Shown piece by piece: positions 44,171-60,059 of a DNA stretch of 64,000 nucleotides. The notes beneath the pieces are model-generated. The model saw only the letters and a list, made by a program, of their open reading frames with translations. It had not been told where the DNA came from and made no database searches. Source of the DNA: Chrysomallon squamiferum (Eukaryota; Animalia; Mollusca); NCBI GenBank assembly GCA_012295275.1, contig CM022669.1, positions 6,386,001 to 6,450,000 on the forward strand, written 5' to 3'. The position numbers and the translations under genes were made by a program. Numbering within the stretch: the first letter of the stretch is position 1; the number at the start of each line of letters is the position of its first letter.

Positions 44171-44513
44171 GATTATTATTATTATTATTATTATGTACAT
44201 GCTGAATAAATAAATAGGGCATTATTTAACAAAATGGGATTGGGTAGGGAGAGGGTCAAGGGTGATAAATATTTGTATATATGTGTCTGTGTGTCCGTCA
44301 CGTGAAAGTGGTCTTTTTTTTTTCTTGCCAATGCGTGACGGGATATGTATGTGAAAACGAAGTAAAATATTTGAAACATTTTATACCAATTTTGTCTTCA
44401 ATGTTGTATTTTGATTTATTTATTTATTTATTTATTATCGTAATAGAACACTCAATGTTATAGACTTCCGTGTCTTTTGTGACAAACATTTCATAAAAGA
44501 GGTACTAAACAAA

Positions 44514-44594
<81 letters not shown>

Positions 44595-45969
44595 TCAACG
44601 ACTTTAAATCAGTTTTTACCTTCGTGCACTTTAAAATAACTTCTCAAAAAAAAAAAAAAAAAAGTCTAAAACTAACCACAGGACAACATTTTATCAGCAT
44701 CTCTCCCACAATTCCAAAGTTCCACCTTAATGTATATGACACTGTCCTGCGAGCCTAATGTAAATAATACTGTACCAACAATGTTTTTTTTCAAATGTTA
44801 TGGTCACTTCACCACTACGTGACCAAGTATAAACACCATTGGTAAATGCCCACCTAGTTCTTAATTCTTTTTTTTTTTTTTTTTTTTTTTCTTTTCGGAT
44901 GACATTCGAGCCTCGTTTTCACTCTAACCGGCCATCAACTGTAACCCGGCTGTTTGCATATCAAGGCATACGTCTATTTCTGTAAACGGTATAAGTAAAC
45001 AGTGCTCGGTCCTCTCGTCGTATTTACCTGTATTGGCGTTAACCAAATGTTGGTTTTACTGAGAACAAGAGAGATACTTGATTTATTTCCAACACCATCA
45101 CTTCGATCAAACTGGAGGCGTCTTCATCAACGCCACTACGTCTGCTGACCCGTGATTTCGTCCACCACGCCCTCGTTTCACGACGTTCACTGTGGACTTT
45201 AATTTATGTAAATTTTGGATTACCCTTATTTTTTTTATTTAAAATTTTTTTTTTTTAAAATATAAAAAACCGAAAGCTATTATAATAAATATTTACTTAC
45301 AAATGTTTTAATTGTAATGAGTTAGAAAATAAATCTGGTTCAAAAGTAAAGTTTATACACACTGACTGGCCTACATTAATATATATATATATAGGTATAT
45401 ATACGCAAATGAACATTAGATCCATTACACCATATACATATATTTATATTTGAATAACCCCATTCTTCTTACATCTTCCTACATACCATTTATACACTAT
45501 ATGTTAAGTTCGAACTGTCGCACTTAGCATATACTAAAAAAGTTTGCCTAACGATATTCCATCCAACAGAAGGGGAAAAAAAAGAAGAAACACCAGCGAA
45601 GAAAACAATAGCAACAAGTTTCTACACATGCTCGGCTGTATGCCCATTATTCTACTTACAAAACACATACACTACTTGCTTGTTAGAGTGTTGACATGTA
45701 AATGTGGAGTGAATCCAGAAATTCTAACGTACAGGGATACAACATACAAACATATATCTTCTTTTTTCTTATCTTTACGTTTAGTCAAGGCAACTGCAAT
45801 ATTTTTGATGAGATGTTTACGTCTTTCATTTAAAATTAATTTACTGTTCATTGCATTTTGTTTATGTTTTAACTTGCGTGTTTTGTGTGTGGTCTGTGTG
45901 TTTATGTTTGTTTGTATGTATGTGCGAGATCTTTGTTAAAGAATAATACTTTCTGATCGTTTGTGTGTA

Positions 45970-46039
<70 letters not shown>

Positions 46040-46448
46040 TATGGTTTCTTTCTTCTTCTTTCCCTTCATCTTCTTCATACTACTACTACCATTACTATTA
46101 GTACTACTACTACTACTACCACTATAGTAATAATTATTGTTGTTGTTATTTTTATAAAAACAACAAATTATCTCTATTTTTCTTCACTGATAGAGTGTGT
46201 TGACTAAAATAAGCCATTTTCACATACAAAACAGAAAAAGTGTTTCATATTAACCACAACAACTTGCAAAACAAATAAATTCACCAAAATAAAGTCTTAT
46301 CTTTCAACAAAAAAAGATAAGAAAAGAAATAAAAATAAAGAGGAATAATAAAAAAAATATAAATAAATAACCTGCAAGTTTGAACTGGAAAATAACTGAA
46401 ATGAAGATCTGTTACATACATATATAAGCTTACAACGGTTTTTTAATT

Positions 46449-46499
<51 letters not shown>

Positions 46500-48744
46500 T
46501 TTTATTTTATTTTATTTTATTCTATTCTATTTTTTATTTTTTTTAAATTGTTTTTATTTTATTTTCTTAACGTTAATACATTTTTTTATATGTTTTGGCA
46601 AATAGCTGACTTTAAATTACAGTGTACATTCGTAACATGGATAAATTATAATACTAGAATAACTGCATAGCAATGTAGCAGAAAACTGAAGGGAAGACGA
46701 GGGAAGAGAAGCTAAGGATATTTGCAGTAAAGGAGGTTTAGGGAAGCTGCAGTAGAGAGGGTAAGGTTAATTACAGGAGAGACAGTGGGTAGTGACAGTT
46801 AAAAGAGGGTAAGGAGAAACAGAGGGAGAGGATTAGAGAAAAACGGAAGGCATTAGCAAGGGTAAGAGGAAGTGTTGTCAAAGAACAAGCGTAAAAAGGG
46901 TGAAAGGTAAATAACAGCGTAATAAATAATGTAAAGATATATGAATACAGGTATCAAGGATTTTCTTTTCCCCATGAAATGATAAATAAACTTGAAGGTC
47001 AACGACACATTGTATCCGTCACTGAAAATAACTGCATGTTTCTTACTGTTTAACTTCGCTTTAGATACAGACGTAATATTTTAACGGTCCTTTGTAGAGA
47101 ATATATCAGATGTGTAAGAAAGGAGACGCTGTGTACTGTGCTGTAGCCTGCTGCGGGACGTTGTCTACGACGGCATGATGTGATACGCCGTGATTTAATC
47201 CTACAGAGAGTGCTGTGGCTTATCTTGGTATGACATGACATAATCAACGTTTTGTAATATGTAATAGCGTTTATGACGTGATATGTTTTATGACGTTGTG
47301 AATGCTATGACGTATTATATATATATATATAGATAGATAGACTTGTCATGTCTGCAAAATGTACGTGGTCTTGACTGACGATGTCTCTATTACAAAACTT
47401 TTTATACCACAACGACGATGTAGGATAAAAATCGTTCTACCACAACAACGAGGTCGGTAACGACGGGTTTTGCACGGACGGCTGCATTAATCTGCGCAGA
47501 CGAGAGCAGATCAATAATTTTGTTACGCAAAACGAAATAACTGTCACTTTATAACGAAATATTAGTTTATTTTGCACATTCAGATAACAGCTACTCCCTT
47601 CTTCGTACCGCCAGCCAGCCAGGATTTTTTGAGGTTTCGTCGTTGAATCCTGTGTTTTCTGAAGTCGCTTCAAGTTACAACCGATCACTGTGGACTTTGT
47701 AAAACACAAAATGATTATCCATTCTACCGCCTTCTTGAAAATTTGAAGAAGAAAAAATAAAAAAAAATAAAAAAAACTATACAGTTTTTAGTGTCTGTCT
47801 GCATGTCAGATTCATACAAAATAGTATTAAGTTTTTAACACGTTGTTCATTCAGAAGCAAAGAGCGTGCAGAAATAGGCTGATACTGATTTTTATGGTTT
47901 AACAACAGCAGAATATTGTTATTTCCTTACTTACAGTGAAATATTAAATTTCAAAACATAACTGTCGTCGTTGTAAACGTAGTTCTGAGAATTAAGGAAA
48001 AGGTATACTTTAAACTTCAACTAACAATCCTTGTCCTTTTGATTATCATCACCAGTGTTATCATCATCATCATCATCAACAACCATGTGAACATCGGATA
48101 CCTCTCGCCTCACATTAATCCAAAAATCTGGTGAATTCCTTTAATTATTTAAATTAATACTACGTATTGTTATATATATATTTTATATGTCATAATTAAC
48201 TCTTTATGATTAAATAGTATGGCATAAATTATCAATCTTAATAAGTGTATATGTGTATATATATATATATATACTGAGACTTCTTGTTATATGATTCAGT
48301 ATACCTATAGGAACATATTTTGGGATATATCCCTAATTATTTTAATTAGTATACGGTAAGTTCATAATATCATCAAGAATACATTCTTAAGAACTTGATT
48401 TTAGTTCCCAGCTTCTCATTTCATGGTTGTATTGAACTCATTTCACAGATGAACCGTTTTCCACGGTACCAGCATAACTTATAAGTTGTCATTAAACTCT
48501 TGTTTTTTTATTATGTTTACTAATTATTAATACGAGAATTATCGTTTATTTTATTGCTTCTTTAATAACTGTGTGAGATCGTATCAGTGTGTTAATTGAC
48601 TCGTAATGTTAATGCTGTTTCCATCACGTGATATAGCCTGTTTTCATGACGTCTCTTTTTACCGCTGTTTTCCCGTACATGATTCAGCAGTTTTGCTTTT
48701 GTTTCTAGTTAACTGAAAGATCACTGTGGAAGTAATAAATAACT

Positions 48745-48787
<43 letters not shown>

Positions 48788-49036
48788 GTGTGTCTACGTG
48801 TGTGGTGTGGGTGATTGTCTATGTGTATATTTGTGTGTGTGTGTGTTAGTTGTTAATTTCAGTAAAAAAAAATTTTTTTTAAAATATCAAATTCCTTATG
48901 ATTTGAAATAAAATTATGCTTCCATATCTGAACAATACAACAAGAACCAAGTCGGAGAAATTTAGTTAATCATTTCCTTTCTGTCTATAAAATAAACGCG
49001 CGCGCGCACGCACACAGACACACATACACATACACA

Positions 49037-49087
<51 letters not shown>

Positions 49088-49828
49088 GCACACACACGCA
49101 TCCATCCACACACTTTTATACGGAGACAGGTAACATGTCTAACAAAACTGTAATATTTATTTGTAAATTAAAGGCATGATAAAAAAAAAAAAAAAAAAAA
49201 AAACACCCACAGAAATGTTACAAACGCTAGTTCAGTAGTTATAAAAAAATATACTGTACACACACCACATGCATTCAGCTGTCGAACGAAAATACACGTT
49301 TACATTTGTAAAAAGGCATCACATTGCTACCTGTCGCGGGGCGATACTGTATTCTACAACAACAAAAAAAGACAGGTGTGTTCGGGTCGGAGAACAGATA
49401 AAAACGAAAGATTGAGACCCTGATAAACATGCGTGCGTTCCTAGCCTGGCATCCACGTTACTTCGGGTTACTTAAACACGGCGTGTCTTAGCGGCTTGGT
49501 GTCAACAAGTACAGACCCAGACTAAAACATTTGTCTGTTTTGATGTTAGCATTTTGTATAAATACACAGTTTACGTTCGAGTTGGAAATTCATGAACGAG
49601 CTTTGTAATTAAAAGGCCCGTAACCAGAGATTCCGCAGAGAAGGGGATGCAATTTCTTTCTTTCTTTCTTTTTTTTTTTTTTTTTTACATTATTTACAAT
49701 TTCTAAAGAAACCTAATGAATTCGTTCACCGAAATACAGGTCTCATTTATGATAATATAATTGTGGCTAAGAATGTGTGAGCATGTCTGTGAGTGTAGAT
49801 GTGTGTGTGTGTGTGTGAGTGTGGGGGG

Positions 49829-49887
<59 letters not shown>

Positions 49888-50408
49888 ACACACACATATA
49901 CACATACACACATAGTTATACATAAATATGCATGAATATATGCCCGTATTTATACATACCATTCAAAAACAAACGTCATTAAATATGAGGTCATAGTCAG
50001 AGAATAGCAAAAACATTATTATGACGTCATATTCAAATTAGGTCCTGTAACTATGATATCATTTAGAACGTAAGTTAAGTCATTATGACGTTATATTGAA
50101 CTATAACAGTTTGGAAGCGTTTCTTAATAAACTTGAACGAGTTATATCTAAAATAAAATAATAATTACAGTTTCATATTATAAATCACTTCTATTGTTCA
50201 CAGCAAACAGAACTAACCACAAACAAGTCAACACGAAATCTACCTTTGGTTATACAACGAAGAAATAACTTGAATATATTTCAAATTAACTTTTGTTTAA
50301 TAACAATAATAATAAGAAGAATAAGAAGAAGAAGAAGTATGTAAACAAAAATTGTTTATGCACCTTTCGATAGTCGCAAAGTGACGGAACATCTTCAACT
50401 CTTTTCGT

Positions 50409-50479
<71 letters not shown>

Positions 50480-50655
50480 TAATAAATAAATAAATAAAAT
50501 AAAATAAGATGAAGTCATGGCTTCAGATGTGAAATGGTCAAGCTGCAGTGTCCAGATGGTTTGTAAAAGTGTTATCATACTGTAACAAGTTGTTATAAAC
50601 AATGACAAACCACTAGGACTGAGTAAAATAGTATTTACTTATTTACCTCTTCTAC

Positions 50656-50693
<38 letters not shown>

Positions 50694-51103
50694 CTATTCA
50701 CTGTATTTTTTTGCTCTATTCAAGTGCACTTTAAAAAAAACGTCCTTCACTAAAAATATGTTTGACCCGACGGTGACACACGAGGTGACCTCAAAGATAT
50801 GTCGTCCTCAAAAATTGAATTACGTAAAGCGTGAAAAATGTGCATGCGACCTTTGCCACGAAAACAAACTGAAATCTAATTAACAGTCGGTTAAGGTTAC
50901 ACATTGCCAGCGAAACACGCACGTAATACCCACCTCAGTCTTATTGAGAATGACGTCATAGGATTAGAGCCTGGAAGATCCGGGATCGATTCCGTACAGT
51001 TTCCGATATTATTCATCTATTTTTAAAATAAATTTAAAAAATTCTTTTTTGTTGTTGTTATTTTTGTTTTTTGTGAGTTTTCTTCTTCTTCTTCTTCTTC
51101 TTC

Positions 51104-51182
<79 letters not shown>

Positions 51183-51318
51183 TAATTCTATTTTATTAAT
51201 CATTTCAGTTTTTTGTTTTGTTTTTCCTAAACTCACAGCACTGCATCAGTTAGAAAAATAAATGATGTTCTCTTTACGACATATCAGCCAAAAGAAAATA
51301 TAATGATGATTATAGTAA

Positions 51319-51371
<53 letters not shown>

Positions 51372-52331
51372 ACATCAAATACAACAATAAAAACAACATT
51401 TATTAAAAAAAAAAATTAAATCTTCAAAAATAGCAACAACAACGACAATGTCGACAATAACGGCAACAGCGATAAGAAGAAAAACAACAGCAATGGCAAC
51501 GGCAAGAAGAAGAAGAAGAAGAAGAAGAAAAATAATAAGATATATCTTTGGCTTGCAAAGAAGACGTAAACCTAAACCAACACAAATAAATCTTTCTAAA
51601 AAGCCATTCGCAGCACACGTTTTTTATTTTTATGTTTTTTTATTATTATTATTATTATTATTTCACTTTTTATAATGGTTTCATTATTTTACTCTCCTCG
51701 GTTTTTGCAGTCAGTACGGTAACACATTTGGCTCCTGTTTGGCAATGTTCTCGTTGCCACGGGATACGGAACATGGTTTTGTTTTGCTAACACATTGTGT
51801 CCAACTGTTGTAATGCGGAACACATGACGACGTAGGTAAGAGGTAGTTACGTACCTAATGAAGTAAAATAAAATAACGGTAACCAGATTTCACGTTTTTT
51901 TTTTTTTTTCCCAGCCATGTGTGGAATGGGCGATCGAGCAGTGATAATTTTCACATATTAACAAGTCCCGTTATTTGTAAGGGGATCTGGTTCTGTGTTA
52001 GAAATGATCGTTTGCAGAATTTCTTTCTCTCGATAATTCGAACGGATGAAGTTCCGTAGCAGAGTTTTGAAATTCGGCAGGGTCAGCCGTTTTATATAGT
52101 TGATTGAGTAGACCTGGTGTTTTTGAGAGTGCGGGGACTGTTTAAAGAGAGATAATTATTCCAGTTTAATGTCCCACAAATAATAGAAAAATCAAAGAAC
52201 GAGTCAGGTGATTTCTGTCAGGTGATTTCTGTTAGGTCAGGTCAGGTCACGATAACCCATCATTTGTGAATAATAATGAATTGTCCATTCAATTATTTTT
52301 TTTTTTTTTTTTTTTTTTTTAAGACAGCTAC

Positions 52332-52390
<59 letters not shown>

Positions 52391-53374
52391 GTAGTAAATT
52401 AATTGTCAGTATCAAATGCATTTGCTAGCACTGTTTTCATTGGTCAATCTGAAATTAGATGGCGGGAGAGCCGTCTGCTAGACTAAATCAACACCTCAGT
52501 TTCCCTTTTTATACATTCATCTTTTTCTTTATTTCTTTCTTTCTTCCTTCCTTCCTTCCTTCGTTTCATATTTCTTTTATCCACTAAAGTTAATGAAGAA
52601 ATGAAATACGATCTATTAAAGTGGTTGTTATATTTCATCAACGAATACTGCTAGTTAGAAGAGAAAAACTTCTTTTATTCTTCTTTTTTTTTTTTTTTTT
52701 TTTAAATAAATGAGAAAAAATGAAAAATGATAGAAGGGAAATAAAAAATATATATGCTGGTTAAATGCTTCAAACACCTGTTTATCTAAATTTACATCTT
52801 TGCCTTGGCGGAAAACTTGAAGATATGCCCTGCGTAGAAGGCTTCGACCGGTGTAAGAAAAACCATTCGTTAGTCAAATGATTTTGTAACTTCAATACCC
52901 AGTTTAGCAGGGCGCCACAGGTGTGAATCTCTGTGATGTATTGCCTTAAAGTTCGAACGCATACCTGACTATTTAGTTCGTATCATTTTAACCTGGACTA
53001 GAGTTTCAAAAATGACCGTATATATATAAACGGAAAGAACAAAACATGTTTTATTGTATTTCTTTCGGAAGAAATTAAATATTGTTAACAAAAACGTTGT
53101 AAAATGAACAACTACTTACTTCGTATGTACTTTTAAAAATCCTGTGTTGAAATGAACGAAACGTGTCACTGTGTTTCATTCAAAAAGTTGTTTGTTATTA
53201 TGAAGAAAATACCTTGTAAGACATTATTTTTTTTTATTCAAAACAGTGTGGTATATAAATTTTTATAAGTTTATGATGTATTAATTGAGATTAAAATTAC
53301 CTTTGCAGTGTTTGTTTGTTTGTTGTTGTGGTTGTTATGTTTGTCGTTTTTTGGGGGGGTTGTTGTTGTTGTTT

Positions 53375-53406
<32 letters not shown>

Positions 53407-53591
53407 CGTTATTATTATTTTTGGGGGCGGTGGGCTGGTCTTTTCTTTTATTATTTATTTATTTATTTTTCTTCTTCTTCTCATTTTAGGAGGTTTGGTA
53501 CTGTTATGTTCTTATTTCACACGGGGATATTTCACAATCCGACCAGTGCTCCAAACCTGCCCTTTTATAAACTATTATCACTAGCGCATAC

Positions 53592-53625
<34 letters not shown>

Positions 53626-54884
53626 GATTTAGTATTAAAACACATCACACCGCAGCGTTAACAAAAAACATCCATTCACTCGTTCCCCTGTCACCCATAC
53701 ATCATCACCACTTACACAACACAACCATTAATACTAAAAACATTTCACCCTGTCGCTAAACAAATAATCATTCATTTTTGTTAACAAACGACGACATCTC
53801 ACTAAATTTCATCACACGGCAAACGGTTGACACTGCGACTGTCTTAACACTGGGGGAAAGACTCGACACTGTAAGCCAACACCCCGGCGACGAGACAGGT
53901 GCGTGCAGAACGAAATACCCAGAGGCCAGATGACTTCATATTAATTCCTTTCTGTGTGCGCAGACAACATCGTATACGTTTACAAGTTCAACATCTAAAT
54001 TACACACGCATTTAAAACTCCAACAAGATGAGATAAGAGAACAAGCGAGGATTCTTAGACGGCAGACACCTTCCACAAAAGCAGAGGGATTATCCGCGTT
54101 TTGCAGTACCGGCGAAAGAACAATGCCGGTCTATTACGCATTAACGTAACGGTTAACCTGCACGACGTGCAGTTTACTTAGACAGGGTTCGGGGGTTGTA
54201 TTTGTCACAGATCAGAAGATATTAAACTGCAGTAATCGTATGTCACAGTTATTGTTTGATGTATGATTCGAGTTAAATAAAATGTTTTTTAAAAAAAAAA
54301 AAAAAAATTAAATTTAAAGATGACGGGTTTTTTTTTTTTTTTTGAAACGTTAATATAAGACTGTTGAAGTAATGTTCATAAAATAAAAACATTGTGTTGT
54401 AGATAAACATATATAAGTGTGTTAATATATATTTACACACTCACATGCATATACATACACACACACACACACACACACACTAACATATGCACAAATACAT
54501 ACATATATATACATACAAACATACATACATAGTTTCCAACACTGTGACCCTTTTTCTCATTACGCTAACATAACGAAGCTTATGTATTGAGTAAGAGAAC
54601 CAGTCACTTATGTAACGCCATTACAGTTCTTCCGTATTGTAAAATCCACCTCACCATAGTTTGCTACCGTCCTATGTGAGTTGTTAGCCTAAACTAATTC
54701 AGGAAAATATATAGTAACGGAAAAGATATTAAATTAGACAAGAAAACAAATATGCTATTAAATAAAGTTAATTTTATTTTCTTTTTTTAAAGTTGCTTCT
54801 TATTATGAATTTCACATCAGCAAAATTTAGAAAAAGATATTAATATTATTATTATCTTCATCGTCATCATCATCATCATCATCG

Positions 54885-54931
<47 letters not shown>

Positions 54932-55955
54932 TAGTTCCTAATTTTAAAAAATATAATATATTTGCCTAATCTCTTAGTCCAACATTTTCCCAAAACATCA
55001 GAGTAAACGTTGCACTAGTTTTTTTATTCTTTGTTTTTTATGGCTTACATTCTCGTCCGGTCTCTCTGATCACGCATGGTCAGTTTAGTCCATCACGCTT
55101 CAGTGAATCGGACACAAGTGATAAAATGTATCAAGGTTAAAAATAAAATGTTTCATTCACAGTTCTGTATTTTAACACGCCATAAAGTTTGTCTGAGTGT
55201 GTCTCCTTTTTTATTTCCTGCCACACAAAGACGAAGAAGAAGAAGAAGAAGAAGAAGAAAGAAGGGGGTGCTCTCTGGCCTGGCCACGATCACCCTTGGT
55301 TAAAATCTCATTAATGGCAGAATGTTGGAAGGTTGGGAGCGAACGGGGCAAAACTGAGACGAGAGGTATTTTCTCTACTCGCTGAACCGTGTGCAGTCTT
55401 TGTGCTTCGCGCTCGCTCTGTCTCGAACCGTGTGCGCTTCGTTGAAGATTATTTTCTCTTTTCTTCCCTTCTCTTTCTATGGAAATGAAGGATAATTATT
55501 TTATTCTGAGTGAGAAAGAAACAGAAAGAGAAACAGAGAGAGACAGAGAGAGAGAGAGAGAGATAGAAACCTCAACAGAAAGAGCTCCACTCCCGTACTG
55601 GCTCTTGCTCACAATGGTTGTTGTCGGGATCCTATTTCTGTCGCGACTGCACCCCGCTGTTACAGCAAACAAAGAACAGCGTGCTGTGTCCACTTCCCAA
55701 ACTGGACGGTCGAAAGAAAGGCCTGCAAACCCCCCCACCAAAAAAAAAAACTTCTTCCCAAATTGGATGCGTCTAAAAGGTTGCCCCCCCCCCCGCCCCG
55801 CACACACCACTGAGCGTCCGTTCGTACAAAGGAGAAGAAAAAAAAGTAGAAGATTGTTAAATGACGTGCAGAGCCGTGTCACAAGTTCAAAAAACCTGTC
55901 ACAGTCCTAGAGTTCAACACTGTAGTTAGTTACTCAATAGCTGTAGTTGTTGCTG

Positions 55956-56019
<64 letters not shown>

Positions 56020-58667
56020 TGTTGTTGTTTCTATTCTTATAGTTATTATTGCTGTTATTTTTGTTGTTGCTGTCTTTGTTAGAATTGTTGTTGTTGTTGT
56101 TGTCTTCGTTGTAGTTGTTGCCTATTTATTTTCTTCTGCTACTACTAAAGAATGCACAAACAGTTTTACTTATGCTGGAATGTCGTATATGACAGATTTA
56201 TAATGTAACTGAAGATGAATCTCACTTTCTTCTTGAATACACTTTGCATACACCTTTCTGAAAACATTATATTCCTAAACACTATGTTAATAAAGCAAAT
56301 TCATTAAAATGTAAACAATTATTAATCAGTAGAAATACAAATTTAGAAATGAAAACTATCTACATTTGAACAAAAAACAAATAAAACAAAGAAAGATTAT
56401 TTTGTTTAATTGAGCTTCTCCATTAACAAAAAAAACAAACAAATATAATAAATATTTTACTGATTAAGTTATCGGGTAGGTGGAATAAATTTAGACTAAT
56501 TATTTATTTTTGTTTATGTATTTTGTATAACGTATTTCAGTATTATGTATGATGTACAGATATGTTCAAATGCAGATTGCACATAGCAAATAAAACTATC
56601 TATCTGTCTGTGGTAGAGCAGGTTTGTGCGAAGTAAGAACTAAACAAACAGTTGTAAGTTTTGATGACAATTAGCATACACAACTGCATATACAGTTTCA
56701 TTAATACATGGACTGGGATTTAAATATTTAAAAAAAAAAACCCATTAATATAGCTGTACGAAACGTAAAGATAGTAATAAGTAATTATTCATAAATAATA
56801 AATAATAATAATAATAATGACAACAACAATAGCAATAAATGATGATGATAACGATAATGATGATTATAATGATGATAATCATAACTGTCAATTAATTAAT
56901 AAATTAGTTTCGTAATTATGATATTTCAAGTATAAAGTCATAATTTTTTTTTATTTAACGAAGCAATTATTTGTCCTTAATCAGCTAGCAATTTATTCCT
57001 AATTAACTCGGCAGCTGGGAATTTATTTGTAAATCAAAACGAGCCAGATTCTAATTTTGTCATTAACTGGCTGCGAGTAACGTAGTTTGCTAATAGAACG
57101 ATTTCATAGGCGTGACAGCCCGCGGCAGCAGCACCCCCCACCCTCCCCCTGAGTGTTCACTGAGTTAATTCCCGTTCTAACCAGTAACTTAAGATTGGAT
57201 TACCAATGTGTGTAGCACACAGTCTCCCTCTTTGTAGAACACTGAGTATTAAGACAGATTTCATAATATTAAACATACACATACATAAACATGCACAGAA
57301 ACAAATACATACACACATACATAAATAAATAAAATATATATATGTAAAATCTTTTTTAGTACGATAAAATATTTTGACAAGTAAATTCTTCATCCATTCA
57401 AAAATTCTTTTCTTCATTTATTCGTTCGTTCATTCGTTCTTTCATTCTTTCACTCACTTGGGCCACTGTGGTCAACAGTAGACTTTTATATTGTTAACAG
57501 TTCACCTCCAACCAAGTGACACGGTTCCGCTAACCACAGTGGGTTAAAGACAACACAAACCAAAGACGTAATCATCAAATCATTGCGTCACAACAGGCAT
57601 TTTCACAGCAAGTACGGTTACGTCACTGGGCTAAGCGGTATTTGACAGTTAAATTGTATGTAATTACATTCAAGAACTGAAGAGTGTTGTAGATATAATT
57701 ATGTTAATTTATTCATTCAGTTAAACTTGGTTACTGTAGAATCAGTGGATGAAGTGACCCGTGACCTCGAGGAAGTCAGTTACAAGAATTTTTATTATGG
57801 AAAATTAAAATATTTTTATGTCTGGACAGAAATCTTTGATGTTTATAGACGTTTTGCCCACGACAGACATGCTATCATATTTTTCTGTTGCAAGCATGTT
57901 GATAGTTACTCTCACACTCAAAGTGTATTAATGTTCACACAAAGTCTCGAGTGCTTATTCCTGTATTTGCAAGAAGACATTTAAAAAATAAGTTTATCTA
58001 CTTAGTATGGTGTTATTGTATATTTATTTTTATTATTATTGTTGTTGTTGTTTGTTGTTGTTGTTATTATTATTATTGGTAATGTTTCATATTAATTATT
58101 TCTATAGAGGAAAGCAAAAAAGACACTGAAACAAACAAAAAAAATCAACAAAAAAGACAAAGGAAACAAGAAAGAAAGGAATGAAGGAAATCATTTTTGA
58201 AAAAGAGAAAAAGAAAGAAAGAAAAAAATGAAAGAAAACTGAAGAAGGAAAGAAAGAAAAGGAAGAAAAGAAAAGAATCAAAGGAAGAAAAAAAACCAAC
58301 AAAGACTCGTACAACAGAGAGAAATAAAATAATTTTAAAAAAAATAGTCAAACAATCGTGTTAGATATAAAACAAAGAACACGAATGAACAAAAAGGTTG
58401 CCCTCCCATGTGACCACTTCTGTCAGTGGTTAAAGAAATGATGTGATGAATTTAAAAACGTATTAGGATTGTAAAAGGATTAGAAATCCTCCAGGGATTA
58501 AAACGAACTGAACAACCAGCCACACAGCGGTTCTTCAAGCTGCGAGCCACCTCGATAATGTAATTAATTGAAATTTCTAAAATTTCATTTCGTTTTAAAA
58601 CTTTCTTTGTCGAGTTTTTTGACTGATTCTCCGAACAATCATAATCATTAATGGTTGCTACTGCCTG

Positions 58668-58726
<59 letters not shown>

Positions 58727-58993
58727 TCATGCTATGATTAAGCAACGGATCTCAAGATCTGCTAGAAACTTAGATCGAATCCCTGTACCAGGTTCAAATC
58801 CATTTTTTCTTTTCTTCTCGCTTATTTACTTTGTTACACTAACAGTTATTAGTATCATTACTACTACTACTAACACTACTATTATTACTACTACTACTAC
58901 AACTACTACTTCCATTATTATTATTATTACTACTACTACTACAACTACTACTTCCATTATTATTATTATTACTACTAGTACTACTACTACTAC

Positions 58994-59024
<31 letters not shown>

Positions 59025-59430
59025 GATGTTGTTGTTATTACTATTGTGACTGTTGTTGCTGCTGCTGCACTTGTTCTTATTCGTGTTCTTGTTATAATAA
59101 TCATCATCATCATAATTGTGTTATAACAGTAACATTTTCCTCAGTAGAAAAAACGCTTTTGTACCCTAATCCCACAACAAACGTGCTACAGCCATCATGA
59201 TCCATTAAGCTACTTCTGTCTCTCATTTCAGCATGGAATATTTGTTATCTGGCTAAATACCTGAACCAAATGACTAACGCTTTCCCTGTGATACATTTTG
59301 TTAAACTGCGAGTTTTCTGTTTTTTTCGTTGCCTACACACAAAAACAACACATTTTCTGTAACTAACTATACGTTTTGATATTTTGTTTCTTTTTGTTCC
59401 TCTCTGAAATATTACTGAAACTTTAGATAA

Positions 59431-59503
<73 letters not shown>

Positions 59504-59982
59504 ATGTGTGCTGTTATTTTAATTCAGAGTAATCGTTAGCACATGAATAAAATATATGTTTATATCTATATATAGATATATATCACTTTTTCTTTCTTTA
59601 TTTAAATATATCTTTCTCTCTTTCAGTCTTTATTTTTCTCTCACTCCAGATTTTTTCTTACATTCTTTTTCTTTTCTCTCTCTCCCTTTTCGCTTTCTCT
59701 CTCTCACCGACTCTCCCTTTTTCACTTTCTCTCTTTCTCTCTCACTTCGACTCTCCCCTTTCTCTCACACATTCAACATTCTTTGCTCGTTCGTGTCTGC
59801 CACACGAAACCTGTGAAAACAGAGAAAAGCGAATCACAATTTTAACCGTGATGCATCACAGACGTGTTATATGACAGACTTGTTTCCATCAAAGAGGCCC
59901 TACTGTGGTGACTGTAGTATTTCTCAATTTAAAAAATAATAATACACTTCGAATCCATAAAGAGTGCGATTCTACACACTGA

Positions 59983-60013
<31 letters not shown>

Positions 60014-60059
60014 TTAAATTCATTAATAAAGGTTATTCTGTTATCTTATAATTTGACGT

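Noticed and set aside
55479-55910. 143-aa ORF with a hydrophobic stretch (YWLLLTMVVVGILFL)
   Set aside because: It runs through (GA)n, poly-A and poly-C tracts and has no recognisable family motif. More likely a regulatory island.
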